Source: Mytilus trossulus (lineage: Eukaryota). Taken from it: a stretch of 64,000 nt of DNA. Positions 41,197 through 54,225 of the stretch are shown here, piece by piece. How positions within the stretch are numbered: the stretch's first letter is position 1; every line of letters begins with the position of its first letter. Under the pieces are notes generated by a model, which saw only the letters and a list, made by a program, of their open reading frames with translations, made no database searches and was not told the origin of the DNA. The position numbers were made by a program, and so were the translations under genes. Location of the stretch: positions 69,936,001 to 70,000,000 of the forward strand of contig NC_086381.1 in assembly GCF_036588685.1 (NCBI RefSeq), in the 5' to 3' direction.

Positions 41197-41621
41197 TATG
41201 CCCCACCTACGATAGTGCCTTCGTTCGTCTGTCCGTCCGTCCGTCTGTTCCACTTCAGGTAAAAGTTTTTGGACAAGGTAGTTTTTGATGAAGATGAAGT
41301 CCAATCAACTTGAAACTTAGTAACATGTGCCCTATGATATGTTTTTTTTAATTTAAATGCCAAATTAGAGTTTTGACCCCAATTTTACGGTTCACTGAAC
41401 ATAGAAAATGATAGTGCAAATTTCAGGTTAAAGTTTTTGGTCAAGGTAGTTATTGATAAAGTAGAAGTTTAATCAACTTGAAACTTAGTGTACATGTTCC
41501 CTTTGATAGCATCATTATAATTTTAATGCCGAATTAGAGAATTTATTCCAATTTCACGGTCCACTAAACATAGAAAATGATAGTGCGAGTGGGGCATCCA
41601 TGTACTGTGGACACATTCTTG
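41197..41621 (+). mobile_element. HINE family B copy inserted in a ~190-bp satellite
   Basis: ATGCCCCAC...GTGGGGCAT termini, (CCGT)n, two core repeats. Confidence 0.75.
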
Positions 41622-41627
41622 TTTTAA

Positions 41628-42490
41628 ACCAACATAGTACTAGACTTCCATATCAGTAGTAAGTCATAAATGTTGTTTTCCTCTGGTGATGGATAATTGA
41701 AAACGGTTAGAAACTGGCTTTTCTTAAATTTTCTCAATTTTTCTTATTTTAGCATTTTTTTACCTTATTTTTTTTTTAAATCAAAAAGATACCAAAAATT
41801 TCATTTTCATCATTTTTCACACCAAAGTAGTACTAGACTTGCATATAGGTAGTTTATTCATTAGTGTTGTTTTCCTCTGGTGATGGATAATTGCAAACGG
41901 TCAGAAAACGGCTTTTCTCAAATTTTCTCAATTTTCCCTATTTTAGCATTTTTTTTTACCTTATTTCTTGAAAAAATCAAAACGATACCAAAATTTTATT
42001 CTCATTTTTTTTTACACCAACATAGTACAAGACTTCCATACAGGTAGTTAAGTCATTAAGGCTGTTTTTCTCCAATGATTGATCATTGAAAACTGTCGAA
42101 ACTGGCATTTCTCAATTTTCCTTATTTTAGCATTTTTTTACCTTATTTTTTGAAAAAAATCAAAAAGATACCAAAAATTTTATTTCCATTATTTTTTACA
42201 CCGACATAGTTCTAAACTTCCATATAGGTAGTTTAGTCATAAGGGCTGTTTTTCTCCAATGATGGTTCATTGAAAACGGTTAGAAACTGGCATTTCTCAA
42301 TTTTCTCAATTTTCCTTATTTAAGCATTTTATTACCTTATTTTTTGAAAAAAATCAAAAAGATACCAAAAATTTTATTTTCATTATTTTTTACACCAACA
42401 TAGTACTAGACTTCCATATAGGTAGTTTTGTCATAAGTATTGTTTTTCTCTGATGACGGATAATTGAAAACAGTAAGAAACTGGCTTTTT
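41628..42490. repeat. ~190-bp tandem repeat (~5 copies, plus a partial unit at 41090-41196)
   Basis: Recurring CAACATAGTACTAGACTTCCATATAGGTAG...AAAAAGATACCAAAAATT. Confidence 0.85.
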
Positions 42491-43721
42491 CCCCATACAT
42501 TTCAATGGAAAATAGCGGTTTGAGCCCTTATATTGAATTTCATTAAAAAAAATGTCAAATTCACAAAAAATTGAAAATTTTTTTATATATTCCCAGTCAC
42601 TATGTTATACTGAAAGGGAAAAATATAAGTTTGACCAAATTAATTTTTTTTAGTTGAACAGTCCTGCCTGGTTTTCTCTGGCAAATAAGGTGGGGATCTA
42701 GTGTGGGCCGATTGGCCAGTGGGCCGAGTTGACATTGTTTTTTAGCCAGGAGGATTTTGAATATAAATAACTCAGCCTTGATAATCACAAAAATAAATGG
42801 TTTGTTCTGTGGTAGTTTGAAAATAAATTACCTGACTTGCAATGTATTGAAAATAAATAACTCAGCAGGTCTATAGCTTATTGGGCCTTCAGCGGTTCCA
42901 AAACCCTTCAAAAATTTTTTTGCCTCGCTCCGCTCGGCGAGATATGTTTGACAATACTTTTGAAAGAGGCTAGGTAAAACCAAACTAAATTAACTTTAAT
43001 ACTATGTATGTATGCAATATATGTATATTGCTTGGGAATATAAATGATTCAGTTCATTAAGAAAATTATAAAATACTTAATCTAATTATACCAATTGTCT
43101 TTTGTAATATACTTATTACTATGTATTTGTGTTTCGTTTGTCCTTTCTCGCTTATATGTACTATCTTAAAATGTTTGTATATATTGTCCTCTTGTACACA
43201 AGTATGTGACTGAGGTTATGAATGAAATCTTGAATCTTAAAATTTCTGAAGGGGATAATGATCTTCTAGTATTCTGAGTAAATGGTACACAATGACTTGA
43301 CTATACATGTATTAATGGTTTACCTTTTTAAATGTTTTTTTGGATGGAGAGTTGTCTCATTGGCACTCATACCACATCTTCCTATATGTAATTTTTCTTA
43401 ATTAACAAATATTTAAAAAAAAATGTATGTTTTCGAATAAATATAGTGGTAAAAAATAAATAATCAGTCCCCTTGCTTTAATAAAAATGAAAAATCTTGC
43501 TTCAATAGTGCAGAAAATGAATAATCTGTCCTCTCAGTTTACAAAAATAAATAACCGATCAAAAACAAATCCTCCTGGCCCCCCCCCCCCCCCCAGAATA
43601 TCAAATGGTCGTCCCCTTATCATTGTGTATGTTGTGTTAAGTTATAAAACAGATAAGATAACAATTATGTAAATTTGATATTCAGAAGTTAAACAAAGTA
43701 AAGGCAGTGGAATAAAACATT

Positions 43722-43856
43722 CATTTCCCTAAGCTTCTTGAGATATGAAGATTTGTTCACCCTCGAAAAGTCATATTTCCCTCGGGCGATGCCCTCGTGA
43801 AATATGATTTTCTTGGATGAACAAATCTTCATATTTCCCTCAGGCACGGGAAATAC
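43722..43856. repeat. Imperfect long hairpin (Crypton-like non-autonomous end)
   Basis: ATATGAAGATTTGTTCA..ATATTTCCCTCGGGC GAT GCCCTCGTGAAATAT..TGAACAAATCTTCATAT. Confidence 0.8.
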
Positions 43857-45668
43857 ATCGTGTTCTGGGGTCATAAAAGGGTATACATTTTACAGTAATA
43901 TATATATATCATATATTATAATGGTTGTGTGGCGTTCTGAACTAGATTTTATGAATTGTAAATGGGGTTTCGTCTAATGTAAAACAGCTGGAATGTAAAA
44001 TAATTATCCCACTCGGACTCGGTATGTCAGGGTGTTGCTTAACGGCGGAAACGGAAAACGGAACGGAAATGGAAACGGAAAGAAACTTTAACCTAGACGG
44101 AATTTAAGTGGGGAAATAAAGAACTATGAAAATCAATAGATCTTGTCTTGCTGTTAATTTCTTATATTAAAAGTTATATCTATTTACCATATATCTCAAT
44201 ACAACAGGCGAACATGCAAGTGAGAAAATTCGTCATGTAAGGTCGATAACCTCTGTAAGAAGTCATTTGACTGATTTACGTGAATGGACATTAGGTATAG
44301 CTGAACATTCTAATAAAATTGAGAATGAAAACAGGGAATATGTCAAATAGGCAACAACCCTACCAAATTGCAGACAACATCCGAAGGCACTAAAGGGTCT
44401 TCAACGCAGCGAGAAAATCCCGCACCCGGAGGTGGTATCAGCTGGCCCCTAAATAAAATTGTGTGCTAGTTCAGCACAGGCGGGAAAATGCGGCGGGGTT
44501 TCCATGTTTTGTAAGATCCCAACTGTCCCACTGTACCTCTAGCCAATGTAGAATAAAGAAACACATATGAAGCATACACACAGTAAAACTCATTTTAAAA
44601 GAAGTCCGAGTCCGATGTCAGTTTAGATATGTTTTTCACATCCGACAGGTTTCCGTTATTCATAGTGCTTCTTAATAGACAGAACTTGCATTTTATCCCT
44701 ATGTTTAAATTTAAGCCATGTCTGCTAACTTCGCTGACAGGCAGGGTTATCCAACACAGATTTTAAATACATTTTTTTTAGATATTTTTAGATACACTAA
44801 TGGTAATTGTTGCAAAGTTTAACCTAAACTATCAGGCGACTCCCTTAAAGATATATGTTCAATAAATTAACATGTGGGGTCAGAAGAAATATGCCATAGA
44901 ATGTAAGCCTAAAAATAGACATTAAAATATTAAATGAACTAGTAGCTATCATATTATTATTCACCAACTTTTCAAAAATCATCAATACCACTTTGATACC
45001 TGATGAATGGATAACAGGAGACATTTATGCATTTCCGCAAATTAAGTACAAGTATCTCAAACATGCATTTTCTGCCAGATGCTGCAGCATATAATATAGA
45101 CCAACAGAGTGTGTAACCGTCCAGATTATTATAATATCATAAATGTTTTACGTCTTAGATGCACGTCAGTTAGCTCTCATAACTGCGAGTACTCTCAGAT
45201 CTGTACCTAGTGTCTTTTTGTTATTGGGATGTACAAGTACCCGGTAACGTCCACTTGTATGTGTGACCATCCTCACGCCTTGCCAACGCATTTTTATAGT
45301 AAGTTCGTTTTTATGTTGTAATGTTATACCACTGTCCCAGTATATGGAGAGGGTTTGGATCCCAAGTAAGTAGCCTGTAATTCAGTGGTTGTCGTTTGTT
45401 TATATGTTACATATTTGTTTTTCGTTCATTTTTTTTTGTGTACCTAAATAAAGCCGTTAGTTTTCTTGTTTGAATTGTTTTACATTGTCATTTCGGGACC
45501 TTTTACAGCAGACTATGCAAAGTTGAGAGAAAATGAATTCCAGAGGAGACTTAAGCGGCATAATTTTTGAAGCAGCTTAGACAATTTGATTTTGAAAACC
45601 TTTGGGCATGACTACGACTAACCTGGTAAGGACACTGTGCAAATCGTATATATCCATGTAGGACCATG

Positions 45669-48600
45669 GGGGAAATTCGCCTAATTGCGGACAGCGGCGA
45701 TATGCGGACGGAAAACGAATTTCAAACTTTTCAATCAAATTTTGAAAAAAATAAAGAAAATAAATATATGAAAAAATGTGTTTTGCTTTTTATTGACACT
45801 CCATTTTGTAGTAATGATGATTTCATGTTCATTACTTACGATTTGCTTTCATGCCATGTGATTGAAAGTACATGCTATAAATAGCTTATGTCAACATGTT
45901 TGAAACCCGGGAAATTTGGGAAAAAATCCAAAGTCATCGTGTCACAGTTAATACACATTTATTCATGTAATTATGGTAATCTATGTGTTGAAAAGAAAAA
46001 GGCATTGCGTATTATATTCAAGAACACATTTCTGTTTACTCTTTTTACTGATTTGTCTAAATATGATTACAAAATATGAAAAGCAAGTGTCCGCATTTAC
46101 ACTACCGAAAATAATATGATAGCCGAAATGCGGACACAAGATTTTTGGACACCACGTGTAGTGGTTCGATGTCAATACCATGATGTGGAACATACGCAAA
46201 ATTCTCTTAGTATCTATATGCATTTGTATATTTACAGTAATAATGCGAATCAAATACATAAATATGATCTCAATAAAGATTTTTGTTGATTTGCTTTTAT
46301 TCATTCTTCATATTACAAAAAATATGCATGTGGCAGTCTGATTTTTACTACAATTGCATACCTGTCAACTGACCCGTATTGTGCGGGTGTGACCCGAGAA
46401 ATTCACAATCATCTGCGGGATCACCCGGGAGACCCGCCGGGTCATTGAAGAACCATGAAATTCCGAAAATGACCCGTTTTCACATGCTTAGCCTTTAGAT
46501 TTATTTCATAAGTGAAATACCGGCAAATTCGTAATTCTTCCATGAACAGGAAGTTCAGCTAGTAGCTGTGTAAACTGTCAAATTAAGTGACATATTTAGT
46601 GAGTGCATGGCTTCACTTTATAGCTTTGGTGTCAAACACACTGTTAATTAACAAATACTTAGATTTAGGTCGTAAATAATTACACTGTGTGTTATAAACA
46701 ACTGGGGTTACTTCCCCTTTTTTGTCAGCATTCAAAATTGTTCCTTATATTTACGTTTTTGAGGTAAAACAGATTAAATCGAGAGCAAATAGAATGCAAA
46801 TACATATTGAAATATTACTTTTTATTATTTTTTTATACCTTAATACAATTATAAAATAAATATTTGCAAATTATTTCTTTGGTCTATACTTCCTTTAACT
46901 CTTTAACTTTTTTGTTTACTATACTCTAATTTCCTTTTGCGCGAAGGGCTGTATAGCCAGTCAAGGTCGTTAAAAACTTCCATTTGTTGTTGCGCGAAGG
47001 TACAATTCAATCCTTTCAATCGACGAATTCAATCCAGTCACGTCTCAGTCCTTACAGCTGAACAGACGTGCTGGGTCAGCTCTCCTTTACCCGCTATCTT
47101 CGATGAGGGTTTATTGCTAGATGGTCAACGACATACTACTAAGATGACAGAAACCAATCCATGCCGTACAGAGAGACGTAGTAGTTGGCGTACCCGCGTT
47201 AACATGCCTCCAAAACCATTGTCTATTATGGGGAGTGTCATGCCGATTAACGTCCGAGGGCTGTATCCTAGGCTGTTGGGTGATACGACCTTCATTTTAC
47301 TGCCTCACGGCTTTGGTCCTGATAACGCTTCCTGTCATCTTTAGAACTACGTCCACGATTCATCTGCCAGTACTCTTTCATCGAGGCTAGCGGGCTGCCA
47401 AGCTGACCAAACTGGCCCTGAAAGCAGCCGTTAGTGAAGAAAAACATCAAAATAGTAAACAAAGAAAAATCAACTCACCAAAACCAAGATGGCGGCCTAC
47501 ATATTGCGACCTCCACTACTTGTTCCTGACCCATGGCATCAAATCATTTAAAGCTCACCAAACGCCTTCGGGCACCGAGCCGACCGTGCGAGGGCCGTAA
47601 GGCCAGTCAAGGTCGTTAAACACTTCCATATATATGCGCGAAGGTATGATTTAAAAGAGACAAATCATACCAGTGGGACAGGACAGTGTTTTAAATTCAT
47701 GCATGTTAAGAATAGACACCCAATTGCATCCATCTTCACTAGGTCTAAAACTGAAAAAAATCCTGCTCAAAGCTGGGGTTTTAAGTCTATCTACATCTTC
47801 GCTAGCGAAGATGGTCTATCTATTGCTCTTTCTCTCTCTTTACATAATGTCTACATGTTTCTGACTTTTTGCAAGAGCAAATGGAATGAAATCAAATGTA
47901 CCTAAAATCGTTGCCAAAATTTAATTGCAACAATTTCTCGAAGAAGAGTTGCTGTTTGCTGTTTATTCATGAAATTATTATCAAAACGTGTATATGTATC
48001 AACACTAATATGCGAAATTATTGAAAGTGATAAAGAAAATGAACTCAGCAGGTGTTTGTTGCTAGACAGTTAGGTAGAAGAGGTAAAAGAGTCGGACAAT
48101 CTAAATACAGAAGAGGCATACACATTTATTCATATCACAACATTATTTTGGAGAAATGATTCAGTATATAAAACTTTTTTAAATATGATCAAATTAAACA
48201 CCATAACATCGGATTTAATGATCTCTTTTGACTTCCTGCAAGCGTCCAATAGTAATGCCATTGTTTATGCATTCGTCTGGGTGTCTGTCCGAGATCTCTG
48301 TCATGATTTTTTTTTTGGATGAATCGGAAAACAAACACTTGGAAACTGACAGAGTCAGGAAAAGACGACGTGGGCCATCGGTCATTTAAAAAAAAATCAG
48401 AAATGCTCCACAAGAAAATCGAAATTAATGGAGATTCTTCCATTGGTATTTTAAAAAGTTGTGTATCCATCAAAGAACATTTAAGATAATTTGGTGAATG
48501 AATCTTGTCTGAATAGACAGGCCGATGGATAAGTAATTTTGTATCTTGCAGCGGCGGGGCCCCAGGGCTTCCAAAACGGTCATATATTCCGGACATTTGT

Positions 48601-50507
48601 GTAATGTCCGATAAAAGTCCGGCTAGGCAAAGCATGAAACGGTCATATACTTTGTAGTTTTCAAGGTTTTTTCGGTCATTTTAACATAATTCACGATATT
48701 TTTGACCCAACCTTTTGCCTTATAACATCAACACATTTCCGGTCATAAAAGTGACATGATTCTTGCCTTGTAATTAAATCTAACCCATCTGTATTACTTA
48801 CTGCCATTCTAAACCATGTACATTTGCCATCTTTATCCGTATTTACTTTTCTTCTATTAAAATGAAATTTGATATATTGTTGTATGAAAAAAACAAAGAC
48901 AAAAATGCATCGAGCTCTATACATATATTAGCAAACTGTGTGCATAACAATCTTAAAGCATCTATAATTCATCTGAAGTCTGTGTCTTATTCTACGTAAA
49001 ATATGAATGAAACAACATCATAGTAAAAGAATCAGCACGAGGTACGAAAAACGTTCTTCATGCGCTATTCAAATTTTTTTTTTTTTATCTAAAAACAGCT
49101 AGTGGAAAAAATTCAAAGAAACTGAAAAAAAACAACATAAAAAAAATAAAAATAAAAAAATAAAAATAAAACCAAACAAATTGAAATAAAGATACAACTA
49201 CAATCAGCAGGGCTCTTCATTGGTCAGTGTCACCAAATAAATATCAAGCCCAAAGACGTCTTATCCTCTAGAACTACTTGATTCTAAAGTGATTATGAAA
49301 CTAAAGAAATTATGAGAAACGAATACCAAGCGATTTGAAATTGAAAATCATCACCAAAGCATCATGTATATTTGCATGTATGCATCTTGATAGACAATAG
49401 TCACAAAAGAATTTGTCACCACAAAAAAGCTCCTGCTTCTAATATCATTTAATTTAATAATTAACATTTCGGAGATATTTATACTTTTTATCCTCATTTA
49501 TTTCACCTTTCCACGTGTTTTACAAGTTAAAGTGCGAAAACTATTCTCAGAGATGCTTTTAGATGCAATGAAAGGGTATTCGTGAAAGGTAATCGTATAT
49601 ATAGACATAGTAATTTCGTTTTGAATTGCATTTGCAGTTAAAAAAAATAAGTGTCCGCAATTTGACGACAAGGTGTCCGTATTTTAACTCCCTATGTCCG
49701 CATTTACCCGACTGAGTATACAATATGAGAGCAAGTGTGAAATAAAATTCATTTTTGGATAGCTGAGTACTAAAATAGCCTTCGTATTGGGTTTATATGA
49801 ACATCAAGAGATTATGTAATGCATGTAATATAGGCTGTTTTCTGTATGACAGTCCGTATTTGCAATCCCATACCCTACATTGGTACGGCAATTATTGTAA
49901 TGTTTTTTTCCAACTTTTTGTGGCACGAACTTTGTGATTAGATTTTACGAAAAAATGAGGCGAAAGACACCCATTTTTTATTTGATCATTAGGAAGATCT
50001 ATGCAAACAGTTTCTTAAAAGGTATCACTCAAAGGCATTGAAATTCTAGTTTGATCCAAATTTTGGGGGGATATGTGACATGTTTACCCCCCTTTTTGCA
50101 ATATTTTATTGTAAATAAATGCAGAATGTTGCCATGGATACACATAAAAGGAATTATTTTTCACCCTTTTAACTTTGAAAAATCAATTCTGTGGAAGATA
50201 CTGATTACATACATATGCACATGTACAACACAAACAGTAAGGTTATTGTATAAGAAATCCAGGAATAGGATATGATAAAACATTTTGTGGCTCATTTTTA
50301 ATTTTATTTTCTAACTGTGGAGTGCTACCTTAAGTATTTCCAATCTACCAATCAAGAGAGGTGACATAAAACCGCGGGAAATAGTCCGTTTGATACCCCT
50401 CTATCCTTTCCTGTCCAGTGCAACCACCAGTATGTCCGCAATTGGCCTCTACGGCATCCAAACATCCGGATTTTAAAAAGTGTCCGCAATTAGGCGAATT
50501 TCCCCTG
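45669..50507. mobile_element. ~4.8-kb degenerate TIR DNA element with nested insertions
   Basis: 25-bp perfect TIR GGGGAAATTCGCCTAATTGCGGACA / TGTCCGCAATTAGGCGAATTTCCCC; TGTCCGCA subterminal repeats near both ends; right end ...CCCCTG|TA. Confidence 0.75.
46931..47671 (-). mobile_element. GC-rich non-autonomous element with ~45-bp terminal direct repeats (possibly a DIRS/Ngaro-like derivative)
   Basis: GCCAGTCAAGGTCGTTAAA.ACTTCCAT..TGCGCGAAGGT at both ends; terminal hairpin GGTATGATTT..AAATCATACC; solo repeat copy at 14964-15013. Confidence 0.5.
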
Positions 50508-50786
50508 TAGGCTACTAATTGTTCGCCACTTTTTGTACATCATTACGGAGATATAATGCTTTTCATATATATATATATATATAATACGTAAATACCAAAC
50601 AGCATAATTCAGTATTGCAAGGATTTACTATACAAATCATTGAGTATTGTAAAAGTGTGAGAAAGGCTTAGTATTTTTTTATAGAGATTTTGTCATTTTT
50701 TTCTCAATACGAAATTAAAGTATTATATACAAGTTTCTATCCTAGTTCCCTGGTTTCAATATCGGATTTTGTCCATACACCATTGT

Positions 50787-51794
50787 TACGGGGCGCCGAA
50801 TGGGACACTTGTGGTTTTGTACTCGAAATTCAATTTTGTACGGACAAAAGTGACTTTTGTTCAACAAAAATGAGTTATGTTTAACAAAATTTGTAACGTA
50901 CTTACTACAAATATAAAATTTTGTCATACAAAATTATCTTTCATTGGACAAAAGTCACTTTCGTCATGACAAAATTCATTTTTGTTACACAGACTTGACT
51001 TTTGTTACCTTATTTTAAAATTGGGCGACAAAAGTCAATTTTGTATGCAAATTAGTTAAGTTTGGATTCTGTGAACTAATTTGCATACAAAATCGACTTT
51101 TGTTACACAAAATTAAGACAAAATTAATTTTGTCTCACAAAAGTCAATTTTGTCTCACAAAAGTCAATTTTGTCTCACAAAAGTCAATTTTGTCTCACTA
51201 AAGTCAATTTTGTCTCACAAAAATGAATTTTGTCGTTACAAAAATGAATTTTGTCGTCACAAAAATGAATTTTGTCGTTACAAAAATGACTTTTGTTACA
51301 CAAAATTGACAAAACTGAATTTTGTCACACAAAAATGAGACAAAATCATGAAAATTGACTTTTGTCAATTTTGTCTCACTAAAGTGAAATTTGTTGTCAC
51401 AAAAATGAATTTTGTCTTCACAAAATCGACTTTTGTGACACAAAATTGACAAAATTGAATTTTGTATCACAAAATTGAATTTTGTCTCACAAAAGTCAAT
51501 TTTGTCTCACAAAAGTAAATGTTGTCTCACACAATTGACTTTTGTGTCTTAATATCCATATCAGGTAACAAAAGTCAATTTTGTATGCAAATAAGTTTAT
51601 ATTTGCATACCTTTTTGACAAAATTGACTTTTGTCATGACAAAAATGAATTTTGTCTACAAAAATGAATTTTGTCATCACAAAATTGAAGTTCTCATAAA
51701 AGAAGTCTGTATCACATAGTTTTGTATGACAAAAATAATTTTGTTATGACAGAATTGAATTTAAAACCACAAGAGTCCCATTCGGCGCCCCGTA
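50787..51794. mobile_element. TA-flanked TIR element with an internal ~20-bp repeat array
   Basis: TACGGGGCGCCGAATGGGAC.CTTGTGGTTTT ... AAAACCACAAGAGTCCCATTCGGCGCCCCGTA; internal CACAAAAGTCAATTTTGTCT units. Confidence 0.88.
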
Positions 51795-51992
51795 GTACCA
51801 ACAAACACAAGAACTCTGTCAATTGGGCCAACAAAATGTACTTTGATACCATAGCTGCCCTTACTAGATATCATTTTTGTCTCTATGACATATTCCTCAT
51901 TTCCATTATATTACACAATATTTAAATTACTAGCATGTGTGAGTTTCTATAACTGTACAAACATAAATGCTGAAAAAAATATTATGTAACAA

Positions 51993-52665
51993 ATAAACAG
52001 CTACGCCATGAGCGCATGATACGCCCGTCGCCTTTTTGGAATAACTTCTCAATGTCATATCAGATATTATAAAAAAATAAAAGAGAGCTTCAGTCAATAT
52101 ATATCATGTATATAAACAATACATTAAAGTATCATGAGAACTGCTGAAAACATTTTGGAGTTATTGTCCGGAAACTGGAAAATACCATCTTTTTTAATGA
52201 ATAAAACCCTTAACTGAATAACATAAAATCGAAAATTAATAAAAATCGAAAGGGCGCTTACAACAATAGATATAAACAATTCAGCAAAGTTTCATGAGAA
52301 CTGCTGAAAACGCTTTTGTATAAATGTTCGAAAACTAGAAAATCCCCCCTTTTTAATTATTAAAACCCCTTAACTCAGAAACGTAAAATCTTAAATTTAT
52401 AAAAATTGAAAAAGAGCTCATGTCAATAGTTTGAAACAATTCACCAAAAATTCCTTGCAAATTTGCGAAAAGATTTTTGAGATATTATAAGAAAACTGAA
52501 GAAAAAAAAACACAATTTGTATTGAATAAAACCCCATTACTCAGAAACTTAAAAAACTAAAATTGATAAAAAGCGATATCAATTTCCTAAAGTTTTATGT
52601 AAATTGGTTAAAGAGTGTTTGAGTTAATGTCCGACATGTTGATGACGAACGGACAAGAATATACC
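51993..52665 (-). mobile_element. Degenerate HINE-like element (reverse orientation) with ~170-bp internal repeats
   Basis: Hairpin CATGAGCGCATG/ACGCCCGTC end, three or more related units, GACGAACGGAC microsatellite remnant. Confidence 0.5.
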
Positions 52666-54225
52666 AAATATATATCTAGATACATTATTCTAAAAACCAT
52701 GTTTATAGAAAATGGAATTCATCACAAAGGATATACCCGTAATAAGAAATACTGATTTGTCAAGGACCCGACTTATTTTAATATTTCATTCACTGTTATC
52801 TGTTTTTGTCCATTTTAATTCCTTAAGCTTACATTGTTATCTGTTAAAAGCCAAATCAATTTAATGTTTTGCTGTTATTGGGACCCCCCTTGCCCCCCTC
52901 TTAGATCTAGACCAATAAAATCATTTTTATTCTTTTTTTGAATTTCAATGCACAGTTAGAAGGTGTTTTTATATAGATCATAATTATAAAGAGACTCTAG
53001 CATCTAGTCTTTACTGAAATTAATATAACGCTGATTATTTCCCAAATGAATAGAGTTGAAAATAACGTTTTACAGAAACTAATGCCTGTGTTGAGATATA
53101 ACCTAATCCGGTATATTATAAGTTCATCAAATGTATGTCAACATACAATTGATCTAGCGTAAAGTTAGTTGTAAAGTAGTGTCATGTTTTATTTTTAGAA
53201 ACAGGTATTTTGTAGACGTTGTTGAGTATAAACAGTGTTTTGTATAAATTGATTTGATATTTACCAACAACAGTACACTTACTGTATTGAAAGACACTAT
53301 ATATATATTCATTGTTCTAAGGTAAGAAAAAATTATTGCGCTAATAAGTTATTGTTTTGTTACATTTGTCTATATGATTTATAAGTAGCAAATTGATCCA
53401 CGTGTAGATAATAACAGAGATCTGATAAATACTGTCCTCCAATAATTAAAATTATTGCAAAGAGGTCATCCTCCCTTCATCCAAGTCTATTTATGGCCAG
53501 TGCTTTGGGATATTCTTTGTTAACTTATTGTTTTGTTGGCATAAGACAATCATTTCTTTAAAATAATGATCAAGAGGCTGATTTCTCGCTGATTTCGGGA
53601 CCCGGGGAAGGGCCGGGGCATTGATCTACACCCTTCATGGTAAATGGATCGACATTAGCTCCAAGTGTACTCATCTTGTTGTTTTGCTAGCCCTACCCAC
53701 CCACCTTACGAGATTTATCTGAACTTTGGATTAATTTTGTTTCGAATGATCAAGGTCAGTGGCAAGTATTTCTCGCATACTCATGGATACTCAACATGGA
53801 TATAATCAGTCAACCGATTTTTTTTGTTAAGGCTCTGGTCAGAAGATGACCTAGCGGAATTTTATGCAGTATAATTTGGACTGCAAATGGAAAATTAGGG
53901 CATGTCGAATGTCGCCGTCTGTTAACGAAAGACAAATTTACAATCCCTCCAGAAAATATTTGTTCTTGAACATGTCGAATACGTGAGCATGACACATTTA
54001 CCATAGTGTCACTCAGTTATCTTTCTTATATCGGGCTTGTCAACTCGTTATTGATGCAACCCCTCCCCTTTTAAAAAAAATACCTCCAACAAAATAATTG
54101 CCTGAACAGAATCACAGCGAAATATTCTTTATGTTCAAAAAGAGTCTCCTACATTTTTGCATTTAAAAGACAGCAACACAACAAATGAATCAAAAGAAAT
54201 TTAAAGGTACAAACATAAGTAATCT

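Noticed and set aside
44995-45025. Hammerhead ribozyme (CTGATGA core)
   Set aside because: No properly placed GAAA or flanking stems could be identified by eye.
46937-47344. 135-aa ORF
   Set aside because: Non-ATG start, no recognisable domain; explained by the higher local GC content.
48189-48635. 148-aa minus-strand ORF as a transposase
   Set aside because: No DDE or HTH motif could be recognised; FDGY-like and helix-like fragments are too short to support a call.
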